Positions 9,788-19,438 of a stretch of DNA of 64,000 bases are shown here, in pieces; the first letter of the stretch is position 1; each line of letters starts with the position of its first letter. This DNA comes from Thermoanaerobaculia bacterium (lineage in GTDB: Bacteria > Acidobacteriota > Thermoanaerobaculia > UBA5066). The notes under the pieces were generated by a model, which saw nothing but the letters and a program-made list of their open reading frames with translations, was not told the DNA's origin and did not search any database. The translations under genes and the position numbers were made by a program. The stretch lies in the NCBI GenBank assembly GCA_963816185.1, contig CAWFJJ010000028.1:352001-416000 (forward strand), written 5' to 3'.

Positions 9788-11816
9788 GAGGGTGAGTGTG
9801 AAGACAGGACGACCCGCGGCGTCGACGACCGTCAGACCCTTCTCGTGCACGATGACCGGGTTCAGGTCCATCTCGTCGATCTCGGGATGTCGCTTCACCA
9901 GGCTGGAGACCTGAACGAGAAGCCGCCGGAGCGCCGCCACATCGGCGGGCTTTCCTCCGCGAACTCCCTCGAGCAGCTTCGCTCCCCGCGTCTCTCCGAT
10001 CATCTCGGCCGCGTCCTTCTCGGAGAACGGAACGATCCGGAACGCGACGTCCTTGAAGACCTCGACAAGGATGCCCCCGATTCCGAACATCACGGCGTGG
10101 CCGAACTGGAGATCGCGGGTCACGCCCACGATGATCTCGAGTCCTCGCGCGGCCATGGCGCTGACGAGGACTCCGCCGGATCGCGCCCCGAGGCGCCGCA
10201 CGACGCCCTCGAGGTCCTGAAACGCTTTCCGGACTCCCGCCTCGTCTTTCACGTTCAGAACGACTCCTCCCACGTCGCTCTTGTGCGTCACGTCCGGAGA
10301 ATTCAACTTGACCGCGACGGGGTAACCGATCTCGCGAGCGGCGGCGACAGCCGACTCCTCGTCCGGGGCCTGCCGCGATAGGACGACTTCGACCCCGTCG
10401 CGTTCCAGAAACGCCATGGAATCGGCAGGGGAGAGCGATCTCGCAGCCGGGGCCGGAGGTGCGACGGCCGGAGACGTCTCGAGCGTCTCGGGGGAAGCGG
10501 TCGCGGGCGAAACGAACGTGGCAGGAATAGGCCTTGACGGCGCGGTCCGGCGTCGGAAAGACGGCGATCCCCTTTTCGTGAAGGAGAAGCCGCTCGGCCC
10601 GCTCAACGTCGGCGCCGCCGAGATACGCCACGAGGTCGGGCCGCCCCGGCTCCAGGGCGTTCGACGCGCCGGGGATCGGATCTCCGAAGATCGTCAGGAC
10701 GACGTCGTAGTGATCCCGTGCGGCGGCGATGACGCTGCGGAAGCGCTCGGCGTCGCCGTCTCCGGTGAGGTCGAGCGGGTTTCCGACGATGAAATGGGAC
10801 GGCAGAACCTCCCGCAGCTTTGCCGCCAGAGGGCCGGGCAACGGGCTGATCCGAAACCCGTTGTCCGCCGCGACGTCCGTCGCGATGATCGCCGATCCTC
10901 CGGAGCTCGTGACGATGAGCATCCGCGGTCCGGCGGGAGCCGGCACGTAGGCGAGGGCCTTCGAGAAGTCATAAAGCTCCTCGAGCGAAGCGGCGCGGTG
11001 GATGCCGAACTGCCGGAAGACGGCGTCGTAGATCTCGTCCTTCCCGGCCAGCGACCGGGTGTGCGACTCGGCGGCCTTGCGCCCCTGCTCGGTCCGGCCC
11101 GCCTTGAAAATCACGATGGGCTTCCGGCACGCCCGGACGGCGGACAGAAAACGCGGGGCGTCCTTCACGCCTTCGATGTAAAGCGTGATCACCTTCGTGT
11201 TCGGGTCGGCGCCGAAGAACTCGATCAGATCGGCTTCGTCGACGTCGATCCTGTTGCCCATGCTCACGAACGCCGAGAACCCGAGCCTCTCCTCGGCCGC
11301 CCAGTCGATGAGCGCCGCCCCGACCGTTCCGCTTTGCGAAGCGATGGCCATCGCGCCCTTGCGGGTGATGAGGGGCCAGGACGCGCAGAGGCCATGGTGC
11401 GGGTAGTTCACGCCCTGACAGTTCGGCCCGACCACACGGATTCCGCACCGGGCCGCGTTCTGCTTGACCTCCTCCTGCAGACGCGCCCCGTCGGCCCCCG
11501 CTTCGGCGAAGCCTCCGGTGATGACGATGGCGGCCCGCACCTTCCGCTCGCCGAGCTGGAGGATGGTGCCGGGGACACTAGCTGCCGGAACGATGACGAC
11601 GGCCAGATCGGTGCCTGATGGAATGTCGTCCGTCGACTTGACGGACGGGACGCCGAGAATCGCCTCTCCCCTCGGGTTCACGGGGATGACCGGACCGGCG
11701 AACCCCGCTTCGAGGATGTTCTTGAAGATCGTGAATCCCAGCTTCCCGGGCTTCGCGGAGGCGCCGACGACAGCCAGCGCGTTCGGACGAAAGAGAGCCT
11801 GCAGGGAGTCGCTCAT
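9784..11816 (-). CDS. ADP-forming acetate/acyl-CoA ligase (fused alpha-beta); frameshifts near 10480 and 9815
   Basis: AVVGAS, VGPNCQG, SQSG, phospho-His motif AESHT, GNPLDL; the ATP-grasp part (GYPVAVK, HKSDVGGV, DLNP) is in ORF 9296..10606. Confidence 0.88.
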
Positions 11817-11927
11817 GTCGCTCCTCGAAAACGGATTAGGCGAAGTCTATCCCGCGGGCCTGGCGCGAGCGGCTAGACTCGTCGGGCGTGATCAGAGATC
11901 GGAGTCGCGCTGATCCGGAGCCATTTC

Positions 11928-13775
11928 GTGTCTCTCTCTAAGGAGGAGATCCTCGAGGATTTCGAGAAGCTGGTTCGGGAGGGCATCCTCCTTGGCGCCG
12001 ACCGCGACCCCGCGATCAGGGACGGAGCCGAGTTCGACCGAGGGCTCGTCAAGAAGAAGGGGAAGGGAAGCCGATTTCTCATCCGGAAGGTCCCCCGGAG
12101 ATCGATTCTCCTGAGGCGCTGGGCACGTCTCTTCGAGAACGCGATCTCGCCGTGCGCCCTGCTCGACGCGCTCTCCGCCAGGATCCACGAGTTCGAGCAC
12201 CGGGAGAAGCTTCTTCTCTTCAGCAGGGACCGGATCATCTATGACGCGGAGATCTTTCACGGGGAGGAGGGCGTCGGCGAGCTCACCCTCAGTTTCGCGT
12301 CGCTCCGGGATCCGTCTCTGGGATTGCGCGGTTATTTCTCGAGCGAGAGGCTGCGGGTCGTCTACATCGAGCACATCCGCCTGACGGCTCAGAAGTCCGG
12401 ATACGCCTCGGCACTCTTCCGTCATTACGAGCGGCTCTTTCACGACCTCGGATTCAACCAGTTCCGGCTCAGTGCCGCCCTCTCCGTCGGCCGGTACTAC
12501 TGGGCGCAGGAAGGGTTCGATTTCTCGGAAGGGTCGGAGGTTGGCACGAGGAAGGCGGAGCTCAGGGCCCTCGTGAAGGAGAGGGGCCTTCCCGTCCGGG
12601 AGGTGGAGATCGGACGTCTGAACCACGCCTACGATTTCGCCCGCTTCAGAAGAGAGCTCAGGATTCCCGTCTATCGGGATGCGGAGGGATTTTATTCGTC
12701 GAAGGGCGACGCCCGCTTTCGCGAGGAAGTCTCCCTGCCGCTTGGAAAGGCGTTTCTTCTCTCCTCGGCGCCCTGGGAGGGATACAAGACGATTTACACG
12801 AACACCCCGCGGAGAACGGGTTTCGTCACGTCGAGGGAGTATCTCTCGCATCGAACGCGCGCCGGGCACGTCGAGAGCCCCGGGCGACTTCGCGTGCTCA
12901 GGAAGGCGATCGACAAGGAAGGCCTGAGAAGGAGCCTCGTGACCCTGTCGCCGTACGTCCCCGACCTCGAATTCCTCGAGGGAATTCACCGGGCCGAGTA
13001 CCTGGCCAGATTTCGCGAAAGCGTCCGGAGCGGCAAGAAGGTGTTCGCCACGGCTGACTGCTCGATTTCCGCGGCAAGCTTCGACGTCGCGCTTCTGGCG
13101 GCCGGCGGCGTAATGGCGGGTGTGGATGCGGTCCTGAACGGGAGGGTCGACAATGTCTTCTGTGCCGTCAGGCCGCCCGGACACCACGCGGGACGGAATT
13201 CCGCGATGGGATTCTGCTTCATCAACAACGTCGCAGTGGGAGCGGTCTACGCGCGGGCGGTCTACGGCGTGGAGAAGATCTTCATCCTCGACTGGGACGT
13301 CCATCACGGCAACGGGACGCAGGAGATCTTCGAGGGAGACCCTCTGACGTATTACTGCAGCCTCCACGAGCACCCCACGTTCTGCTTTCCGGGCACGGGC
13401 CGGAGGATGGAGCGCGGGACGGGCGTAGGCGCCGGGTTCACCCTGAACCTGCCGCTGAAGCCGCACACGAAGGACCAGGAGCTGATGGAGATCTTCGAGC
13501 GAGAAGTCGTCCCGGAGATCGAGCGCTTCGAACCCGGCCTCATCATGGTCTCCGCGGGCTTCGACGCGCACGAAAGCGACCCCATCGCCGACCTCGATCT
13601 CACGGAGAAGTCCTTTGCTTACATGACGCGCAGGGTCTGCGAGCTGGCGGATCGACACTGCGGGGGCAGGATCGTGTCCGTCCTGGAAGGAGGGTACGGT
13701 CCCGCCCTGGCCTCGTCGACACTCGTCCACTTGAAGATTCTTCAGGGAAGGAGTCCGGAATGTTCGTCGGAATAA
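11928..13775 (+). CDS. Class II-like Zn-dependent deacetylase (HDAC family) with an N-terminal GNAT-like domain
   Basis: C-half: RPPGHHA, GFC, DWDVHHGNGT, SAGFDAH..DP, LEGGY. N-half: IEHIRLTAQKSGYASALF...YWAQEGF resembles GNAT motifs A and B. GGAG precedes the GTG. Confidence 0.85.
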   Translation: MSLSKEEILEDFEKLVREGILLGADRDPAIRDGAEFDRGLVKKKGKGSRFLIRKVPRRSILLRRWARLFENAISPCALLDALSARIHEFEHREKLLLFSRDRIIYDAEIFHGEEGVGELTLSFASLRDPSLGLRGYFSSERLRVVYIEHIRLTAQKSGYASALFRHYERLFHDLGFNQFRLSAALSVGRYYWAQEGFDFSEGSEVGTRKAELRALVKERGLPVREVEIGRLNHAYDFARFRRELRIPVYRDAEGFYSSKGDARFREEVSLPLGKAFLLSSAPWEGYKTIYTNTPRRTGFVTSREYLSHRTRAGHVESPGRLRVLRKAIDKEGLRRSLVTLSPYVPDLEFLEGIHRAEYLARFRESVRSGKKVFATADCSISAASFDVALLAAGGVMAGVDAVLNGRVDNVFCAVRPPGHHAGRNSAMGFCFINNVAVGAVYARAVYGVEKIFILDWDVHHGNGTQEIFEGDPLTYYCSLHEHPTFCFPGTGRRMERGTGVGAGFTLNLPLKPHTKDQELMEIFEREVVPEIERFEPGLIMVSAGFDAHESDPIADLDLTEKSFAYMTRRVCELADRHCGGRIVSVLEGGYGPALASSTLVHLKILQGRSPECSSE

Positions 13776-14416
13776 GGATGACACGGAACGTCTTCACGGT
13801 CTCCCCGGGAGACACCTTGAAGTTCGCGAGCAACGTCCTGCACGAGAACCGGATCCATCAGCTTCCCGTCGTCGAACGCGGGGAGCTGGTCGGCTTCGTG
13901 TCGGGTACCGACATACGCAATTCGACGTTCGAGACGTCGACCGTTACGCAGCTCGGCAAGATCCTCGTGAAGAACAAGACCGTCCAGGAGATCATGACGC
14001 GCGAGGTGATCACGGTCAGCCCGGGGGACACGGTCGAAGACGCGCTTCTGATCTTCCACAAGAAAAGGCTGGGCGCCCTGCCCGTCGTGGACGGGAAGAA
14101 GCTCGTCGGAATCATCACGAAAGCCGACGTTCTGGCGGCTTTCTGCGACACCCTCAGGATCGAAGAGCCCGGCGTGAGAATCGAGGTGCTCCTCCCGCGC
14201 GACCCCGGTTCGCTCATTCATCTCGTGCGGCGCCTCGGGGAGCTGAGAACCGAGATCCGAAGCCTGATCTTGTCCCCCTTGCGGGAGGGCTTCGTGGCTT
14301 TCATCCGGCTCTCGACGATCGACGTGGCTCCCGTGAAGAAGTCTCTCAAAGACGCCGGCTTCACCGTGCCCGAGCTTTCGGATTTCTTGGCTGGAACCGT
14401 GCGCGACGAATCATGA
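13760..14416 (+). CDS. acuB: AcuB-like CBS-pair plus ACT-like domain protein (copy 1)
   Basis: Two CBS repeats (IHQLPVV...LVGFVS; LGALPVV...LVGIIT) and C-terminal 'DPGSL' ACT-like part; lies upstream of acuC. Confidence 0.78.
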   Translation: MFVGIRMTRNVFTVSPGDTLKFASNVLHENRIHQLPVVERGELVGFVSGTDIRNSTFETSTVTQLGKILVKNKTVQEIMTREVITVSPGDTVEDALLIFHKKRLGALPVVDGKKLVGIITKADVLAAFCDTLRIEEPGVRIEVLLPRDPGSLIHLVRRLGELRTEIRSLILSPLREGFVAFIRLSTIDVAPVKKSLKDAGFTVPELSDFLAGTVRDES

Positions 14417-14432
14417 GGACTCGAGGTGTGCC

Positions 14433-15062
14433 ATGTTGATTCGAGACATCATGCGGAGCCCGGCCGTTGCCATCTCCGCCGATACGACGCTCCAGGACGC
14501 CTACCAGACCATGCGCGACAGGGAAATCCGGCACCTGCCGGTTCTCGAGGGCGAAAAGCTCGTCGGAGTCGTCACGGATCGTGACCTGAGGCTGGCGACC
14601 AGCGCGCTCGCGCCATCACCGTTCCCGCCAGGCAGCCGCGTCTGCGAGGTGATGACGCTGGAACCGCTGACGGCGGACGCCTCGGACCCGGTCGAGGACG
14701 CGGCGCGCGCGATGCGCGAGCGGAAGATCGGCTGCCTGCCGGTCCTGGACGACGGGCGTTTGATCGGCATCGTCACGGGCCTCGATCTGCTGGACGCCTT
14801 GATGCGCTTGACGGGCGTGCACAAGCCCTCGGGCCGCCTGGAAGTGCGGCTCGCCGACCATCCGGGCGAGCTCGCGCGGCTCACGGGCTTCGTCAGCCAC
14901 CGTGACCTGAACATTCACTCGATCCTGACGTATCCCGAAGGCTCCGACTCGGTTCGGACCGTCCTGCGCATCGGCTCGATCGAAACCGGGCTGCTCGCAC
15001 AAGACCTGCGCCGTGCCGGTTTCGAGGTGCTGTGGCCCCCGGAGAAGCCGTGCCCGCGGTGA
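14433..15062 (+). CDS. acuB: AcuB-like CBS-pair plus ACT domain protein (copy 2)
   Basis: IRHLPV, VTDRDLR, KIGCLPV, 'DHPGELARL...NIHSIL'; GAGG RBS. Confidence 0.85.
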   Translation: MLIRDIMRSPAVAISADTTLQDAYQTMRDREIRHLPVLEGEKLVGVVTDRDLRLATSALAPSPFPPGSRVCEVMTLEPLTADASDPVEDAARAMRERKIGCLPVLDDGRLIGIVTGLDLLDALMRLTGVHKPSGRLEVRLADHPGELARLTGFVSHRDLNIHSILTYPEGSDSVRTVLRIGSIETGLLAQDLRRAGFEVLWPPEKPCPR

Positions 15063-16189
15063 TCTACTCACCGGCCTACGGGAGATACTCCTTCGGCGAC
15101 GAGCATCCCTTCAGCCCCGCCCGCACCGACATGTTGCTCGACCTCGTCCGTGCGCTCGGGCACCCCGTGGAAACGGTCGAACCGAAGCCGGCGACACGGG
15201 AGGAGCTCCTCGACGTGCACGCGGACGCGTATGTCCGCCGCGTGGAGAAGCTGAGCGTGGGCGAGCTCGTTCCGGACGGACCGGAGTATGGGCTCGGAAC
15301 GCAGGACACGCCTTCGTTCCCCGGCATGGACGAGGCGGCGCGGTTGCTCGTCGGCGGAACTTTGCTTGGGGCGCGGCTGATCTCGGAAGGGAAAGAGAAA
15401 CGCGTCCTCCAGCTCGGCGGGGGGCTGCATCACGCGCGCCCCGGCGTCGCGTCGGGTTTCTGCATCTACAACGACCTCGCGATCGCGATCAACTTCCTCA
15501 CCCGGAACGGACTGAAAGTGGGCTATCTCGACATCGACGTCCACCACGCCGACGGTGTTCAGCAAATCCTCGACGAAGACCCGCGCGTCTTGACGGTGAG
15601 CCTTCACGAGTCGGGGAAGTACCTCTTCCCGGGGAGCGGCGAGATTCGTGAGCTCGGCTCGGGTGCCGGCCGCGGCCTGAAGCTCAATCTGCCGCTGGAG
15701 CCATTCACCGAAGGCGAGAGCTACCTGGAAGTTTTCGAGAGGGTGATCCCGGCGGCGCTGCGGCACTTTCGCCCCGACGTCCTCGTCGTCCAGGCGGGCG
15801 CGGACGCGCATTTCGACGACCCGCTCGCCGACCTCATGCTGACGACGCGCGATTACGAAGCCATCTTCAAGCGGATTCTGGAGTTGGCGGACGAATTCAC
15901 CACGGGCCGGGTGCTTTTCACGCTCGGAGGCGGCTACTCGTTCCGCGCCGTGCCGCGCGTGTGGGCGATCCTCTACCTCCTGATTCACGGTCTCCCCGTG
16001 GCGCGGGACCTTCCGGAGTCGTGGCGGAGCAAATGGAGCCGCGCTTCGGAAAGCGAGCTCCCGCTCACCTTCCACGATCCGAATCCGTCGCATGCCGACA
16101 TTCCGAACCGCTACGAGATCGCGCACCGCAACCGGCAAGTGGCCGAGCGGCTGTTGGACCTGACGCGGCAATACTGGTTCCCGAGGTAA
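15050..16189 (+). CDS. acuC: Acetoin utilization protein AcuC (class I HDAC-family deacetylase)
   Basis: HPFSPAR, GGLHHA, SGFCIYND, DIDVHHADG, GADAH..DP, GGGY; GGAG precedes GTG 15050. Confidence 0.9.
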   Translation: MPAVIYSPAYGRYSFGDEHPFSPARTDMLLDLVRALGHPVETVEPKPATREELLDVHADAYVRRVEKLSVGELVPDGPEYGLGTQDTPSFPGMDEAARLLVGGTLLGARLISEGKEKRVLQLGGGLHHARPGVASGFCIYNDLAIAINFLTRNGLKVGYLDIDVHHADGVQQILDEDPRVLTVSLHESGKYLFPGSGEIRELGSGAGRGLKLNLPLEPFTEGESYLEVFERVIPAALRHFRPDVLVVQAGADAHFDDPLADLMLTTRDYEAIFKRILELADEFTTGRVLFTLGGGYSFRAVPRVWAILYLLIHGLPVARDLPESWRSKWSRASESELPLTFHDPNPSHADIPNRYEIAHRNRQVAERLLDLTRQYWFPR

Positions 16190-16226
16190 GCGGGCGGCGG
16201 CTGGGAAATCTTCTTCCCCCGCGTTG

Positions 16227-17420
16227 TTACTTCGGCGCGATCATCTTTCCGGCGGCCTTCGCAGGAGGGTAGAGAAGGACGTGTCGTCCGTTCTGGATCT
16301 GGAAGATGCCGACTTGGTAATGCTGCGGGTTCCCGTGCTCGTCGAATTGCAGCCGCTCCAGCGGGAGCAGCAGGTCGGTTTCGCGTAGGGCGTCGCGGAC
16401 GGCATCCCGCTCCGGAACTGCGGACGCGCGGGACGCCTTCTCGAACGCCGCCAACACCGCCCGCGCCGCGGTGTATCCGTACATGCTGAGCGGCGCCGGC
16501 GGATGCTTGAACTCCCTCGTGAATCCCGCCTCGTAAGAGCGGCTGCCCGCGAGATCTCCGGAGAGCGACATCCCGGGCTCCCAGACGATCGCGCCGATTG
16601 CGCCCTCCGCGACGGGGCCGAGCTGCGCGACGAGCGCCGGGAACTCCATTCCGAAGGCGCCCACGACTGCGAACCCGGAGCTCGTCTGGCCGGAGACCTG
16701 CCGGAGAAGAACGAGGTTGTCCGCGAAAAACCCGTCCATGAGGAGGAGCCGCGCGCCGCTTGCCTTCACGCGGGCAAGGAGAGGGATGAAATCCGGCGTC
16801 CCTGTCTGGAAGCTCTCGAACGTGGAGACTCTGACCCCGTTCGCCTCGAGCCGTTCTTTCTGGAGCCGGGCGAGCTGCGTCGCGCCCGGCGTCGCCGAAT
16901 GGAGGATTGCAACGTCTTTCGCGGGCAGGAGCTCGAGAGGAACGGCCGTCGTGGCGTCCACGAACGGCTCGAGTCGGCTGATCCTGAAGAACCAGGCGTT
17001 TCCGCGCTGCGTCAGCCGCTGATCGAGCGAGGAGCTCGCCACGTAAGGGACGCGTTCTCGCTCGGCCACCTGGGCCACCGGGCCGACGATGCTGTCGACG
17101 TATCCGCCCACGAGCGCGCTGACTCGTTTGTGCGTGGTCAGCTCCTGGGCTGCGGTCGTCGCTTCGTCCGGTCTCCCGCTGTCGTCCCGCGTGATCAGGG
17201 TGACCGGGCGTCCGCGGACCCCGCCGGCGGCGTTCGCCTCCGAGACGGCGTAGACGACGCCTTCGTGCACGGCCGCTCCCTGGGCCGCCATGACGCCGCT
17301 GAGGGACTCGACCTCGCCGATTCGCAGGTCCACGGCGCTCTTCGGGTCGCGGGAGCACCGCGCGGCGTAAAGCCCCAACGCCAGCAGCGGGCCGAATGCG
17401 GCGAACCGTGGAACCTTCAC
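16227..17420 (-). CDS. LivJ/LivK-like ABC substrate-binding protein (probable lipoprotein)
   Basis: Signal peptide with Cys, 'ANAAGGVRGRPVTLITRDD', 'WFFRIS', 'LQFDEHG'. Confidence 0.85.
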   Translation of the reverse strand: MKVPRFAAFGPLLALGLYAARCSRDPKSAVDLRIGEVESLSGVMAAQGAAVHEGVVYAVSEANAAGGVRGRPVTLITRDDSGRPDEATTAAQELTTHKRVSALVGGYVDSIVGPVAQVAERERVPYVASSSLDQRLTQRGNAWFFRISRLEPFVDATTAVPLELLPAKDVAILHSATPGATQLARLQKERLEANGVRVSTFESFQTGTPDFIPLLARVKASGARLLLMDGFFADNLVLLRQVSGQTSSGFAVVGAFGMEFPALVAQLGPVAEGAIGAIVWEPGMSLSGDLAGSRSYEAGFTREFKHPPAPLSMYGYTAARAVLAAFEKASRASAVPERDAVRDALRETDLLLPLERLQFDEHGNPQHYQVGIFQIQNGRHVLLYPPAKAAGKMIAPK

Positions 17421-17445
17421 GCGGTGACCGGTTCCGTGCCGAGGG

Positions 17446-18414
17446 TCAGAAGGCGGGCAGAGGCTGCCGCGCTTCCATCAAGAGCTGCCTGGTCCCGTCG
17501 GACCGGGCCGTGTCGCGCTCCATCTGGATGGAAGCGAGGCGAGAACGCCATGGGGTGAGGTCGAACGTTTCGTCCTTCGGCGAGGCGAGGCAGGCGTCGA
17601 TCAGGTCCCGGTAGAAGCGGACCATGCGCTCGACGAGAGGCACGGGGTATTCGCGCCCTTGTACTTTCAGGCACGCGACATCGAGATCGATCAGGTGCGG
17701 GATGTCTTCCAGAAGAAAGAATGCATCGTTCTTCAGCGCCACGCTGCTTTCCCACTTCTCGTCGCCGGAATAGAGGTCCCAGGACTCCAGGCAGACGCGG
17801 TAATCGAGACCGCCGCGGTTCGGACTTCCCTTGAACAGGTCCTTCCCGAAGGCGTCCGTCGTGCGCTCGAGACGGTGATAGGGAGACATCCAGCATTTCC
17901 CGAGGTACGTGTAGCACTTGTTCGCGTGGATCAGGATCTCGATCCCGACGTCGATGCGCTCTTTCCGGGAGGCCAGCTCCCTGAGGGTCAGCTTCGTGTC
18001 GGCGACCACCTGCGAGACGCCGATCGACCGGTAGAACCTCACGTCCTCGTCGTTGAGGATATTGGCCCCGATCGAGGCGTGGATCGTGAGATGCGGAAAT
18101 CTCCGGTGGACCTCGGCGATCGCACCGATGTCGGTCATGATCGCCCCGTCCACTCCCCAGGATACGAATCGCTCCATCTTTGCCAGCATGGGGGCGATCT
18201 CGTGAGACTGCATGTTCGTGTTGAAGGCCACGCGCAGCTTGGCGCCGCCCGCGTGGGCGATTTCGATCGCGGTGCGGACGTCCTCGTCGGACATCTCGTA
18301 TTTGTCGCGCCTCCGGCTCCAGCCGCGAGGACCGACGTAGATGGCGTTCGCACCGTTCGCGGCCGCCCCTCGGACCATCGGAAGATTCCCTGCCGGCGCC
18401 AGAAGTTCGACCAT
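17446..18414 (-). CDS. U32-family Fe-S protein (UbiU/TrhP-like)
   Basis: MVELLAPAG, GANAIYVG, DGAIMTDIG, IHASIGA, EILIH..C......C, LKVQGR; GAGGAGG RBS. Confidence 0.88.
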   Translation of the reverse strand: MVELLAPAGNLPMVRGAAANGANAIYVGPRGWSRRRDKYEMSDEDVRTAIEIAHAGGAKLRVAFNTNMQSHEIAPMLAKMERFVSWGVDGAIMTDIGAIAEVHRRFPHLTIHASIGANILNDEDVRFYRSIGVSQVVADTKLTLRELASRKERIDVGIEILIHANKCYTYLGKCWMSPYHRLERTTDAFGKDLFKGSPNRGGLDYRVCLESWDLYSGDEKWESSVALKNDAFFLLEDIPHLIDLDVACLKVQGREYPVPLVERMVRFYRDLIDACLASPKDETFDLTPWRSRLASIQMERDTARSDGTRQLLMEARQPLPAF

Positions 18415-18434
18415 GATCTTCCTCCTCGAGCTGC

Positions 18435-19388
18435 CTATGATTCCGCGCGCGAGATCGTCGGAAGGGACCCGAGCGCTTCCGGCCGAAGCCCCTGGTACTC
18501 CATTCCGCTCTTGCCGAAGTAGAAGCCGTTGCAGAGACCGACGTGCGCGTGACGCCGAAGCGTTTCCCACCACGTCTCGTTTACGTCGCCGTCGCCTGCG
18601 ATCGCCCCTTCCAGAGCCGCGCGATACACGGCCGCGACCTCACGCCGGTAATCGGGAGTCTCCGAGACGGTTTCGATCCGGAAGTGCCGGTGGCCCCCGG
18701 CGATCAGACGCGGCAGATGGTCGAGCATGCACACGTCCTTGCCGCTCAGAATTCCCTTTCCCAGCGACTTCATCGCCCAGTCTCCCTGCTTCAGGAACAG
18801 CTCTTTCTGGCAGAGGTCGGGGCACTTAATTCCCCACTTCTCCTCGTAATCCAGCAGGAAGCAATAATCCGAGACGCCTAGCGGCATCTTGCCGTGGACG
18901 AGAAGCTCCAGGGGCGCGGAACAGGCTGCCGTGATCTCGTGGATCTCGTCCAGGCTCAGCTCGTAATTCGGTGTGAACCTCACGGCCCCGAAGCCGCGGA
19001 GGACCTCGGCGCCAGCCGCGGTGTAGACGTTCGCGAAGCCCCCGACGTGGACGGGGAGCTCCGGAAACTCCTCGTGTGCGATCCTCAGGATCCCGAGGTT
19101 GTGGACCTCGACCGCTTCGGCGCCCGCTGCCGCCGACGCTTCCAGCATCTTTCTCACCTTCGGCAGGAAATCGTTCCGCGGCGCCGCGTACGTCGCCGCA
19201 TAGGCCTTCTTTCCCTGGTCGCGAAGGATGTGGAGCCCTTCCTTGAGGTCTCCGAGCTGCTCCAGGAAGTTCGATTCGTAGAGCCGGCAGTAGATGTCGC
19301 CGAGGTAAACCGCGTCGTAGCCGGTCAGGTTCGAGGCTCGGAGGTCTCGCAGGTTCGCGATCGTCGTGTTCAGCTCGAAGCCGGTCAT
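18435..19388 (-). CDS. U32-family Fe-S protein (UbiV-like)
   Basis: VYLGDIYC, YELSLDEI, ELLVHGKMPLGVSDYCF, CPDLC, C-terminal LCNGFY, all matching the UbiV-type pattern. Confidence 0.85.
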   Translation of the reverse strand: MTGFELNTTIANLRDLRASNLTGYDAVYLGDIYCRLYESNFLEQLGDLKEGLHILRDQGKKAYAATYAAPRNDFLPKVRKMLEASAAAGAEAVEVHNLGILRIAHEEFPELPVHVGGFANVYTAAGAEVLRGFGAVRFTPNYELSLDEIHEITAACSAPLELLVHGKMPLGVSDYCFLLDYEEKWGIKCPDLCQKELFLKQGDWAMKSLGKGILSGKDVCMLDHLPRLIAGGHRHFRIETVSETPDYRREVAAVYRAALEGAIAGDGDVNETWWETLRRHAHVGLCNGFYFGKSGMEYQGLRPEALGSLPTISRAES

Positions 19389-19438
19389 GAGCGGTCAGTC
19401 TCCCGTCGCATTTCGCGCCTCGCCATTCGTCCTCTCCC

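Noticed and set aside
7300-10500. Pseudogene or programmed-frameshift interpretation of shifts in livG, livF, the hydrolase and the ligase (also 54150 and 60310)
   Set aside because: The shifts are isolated indels with intact motifs and no slippery heptamer seen; one also hits tolQ. Long-read error is more parsimonious, though reads are needed to be certain.
11888-11941. 17-aa leaderless ORF upstream of the GNAT-HDAC gene that would fuse on one extra TC unit (phase variation)
   Set aside because: The TC run is very short and GTG 11928 has its own GGAG RBS, so there is no support for slippage.
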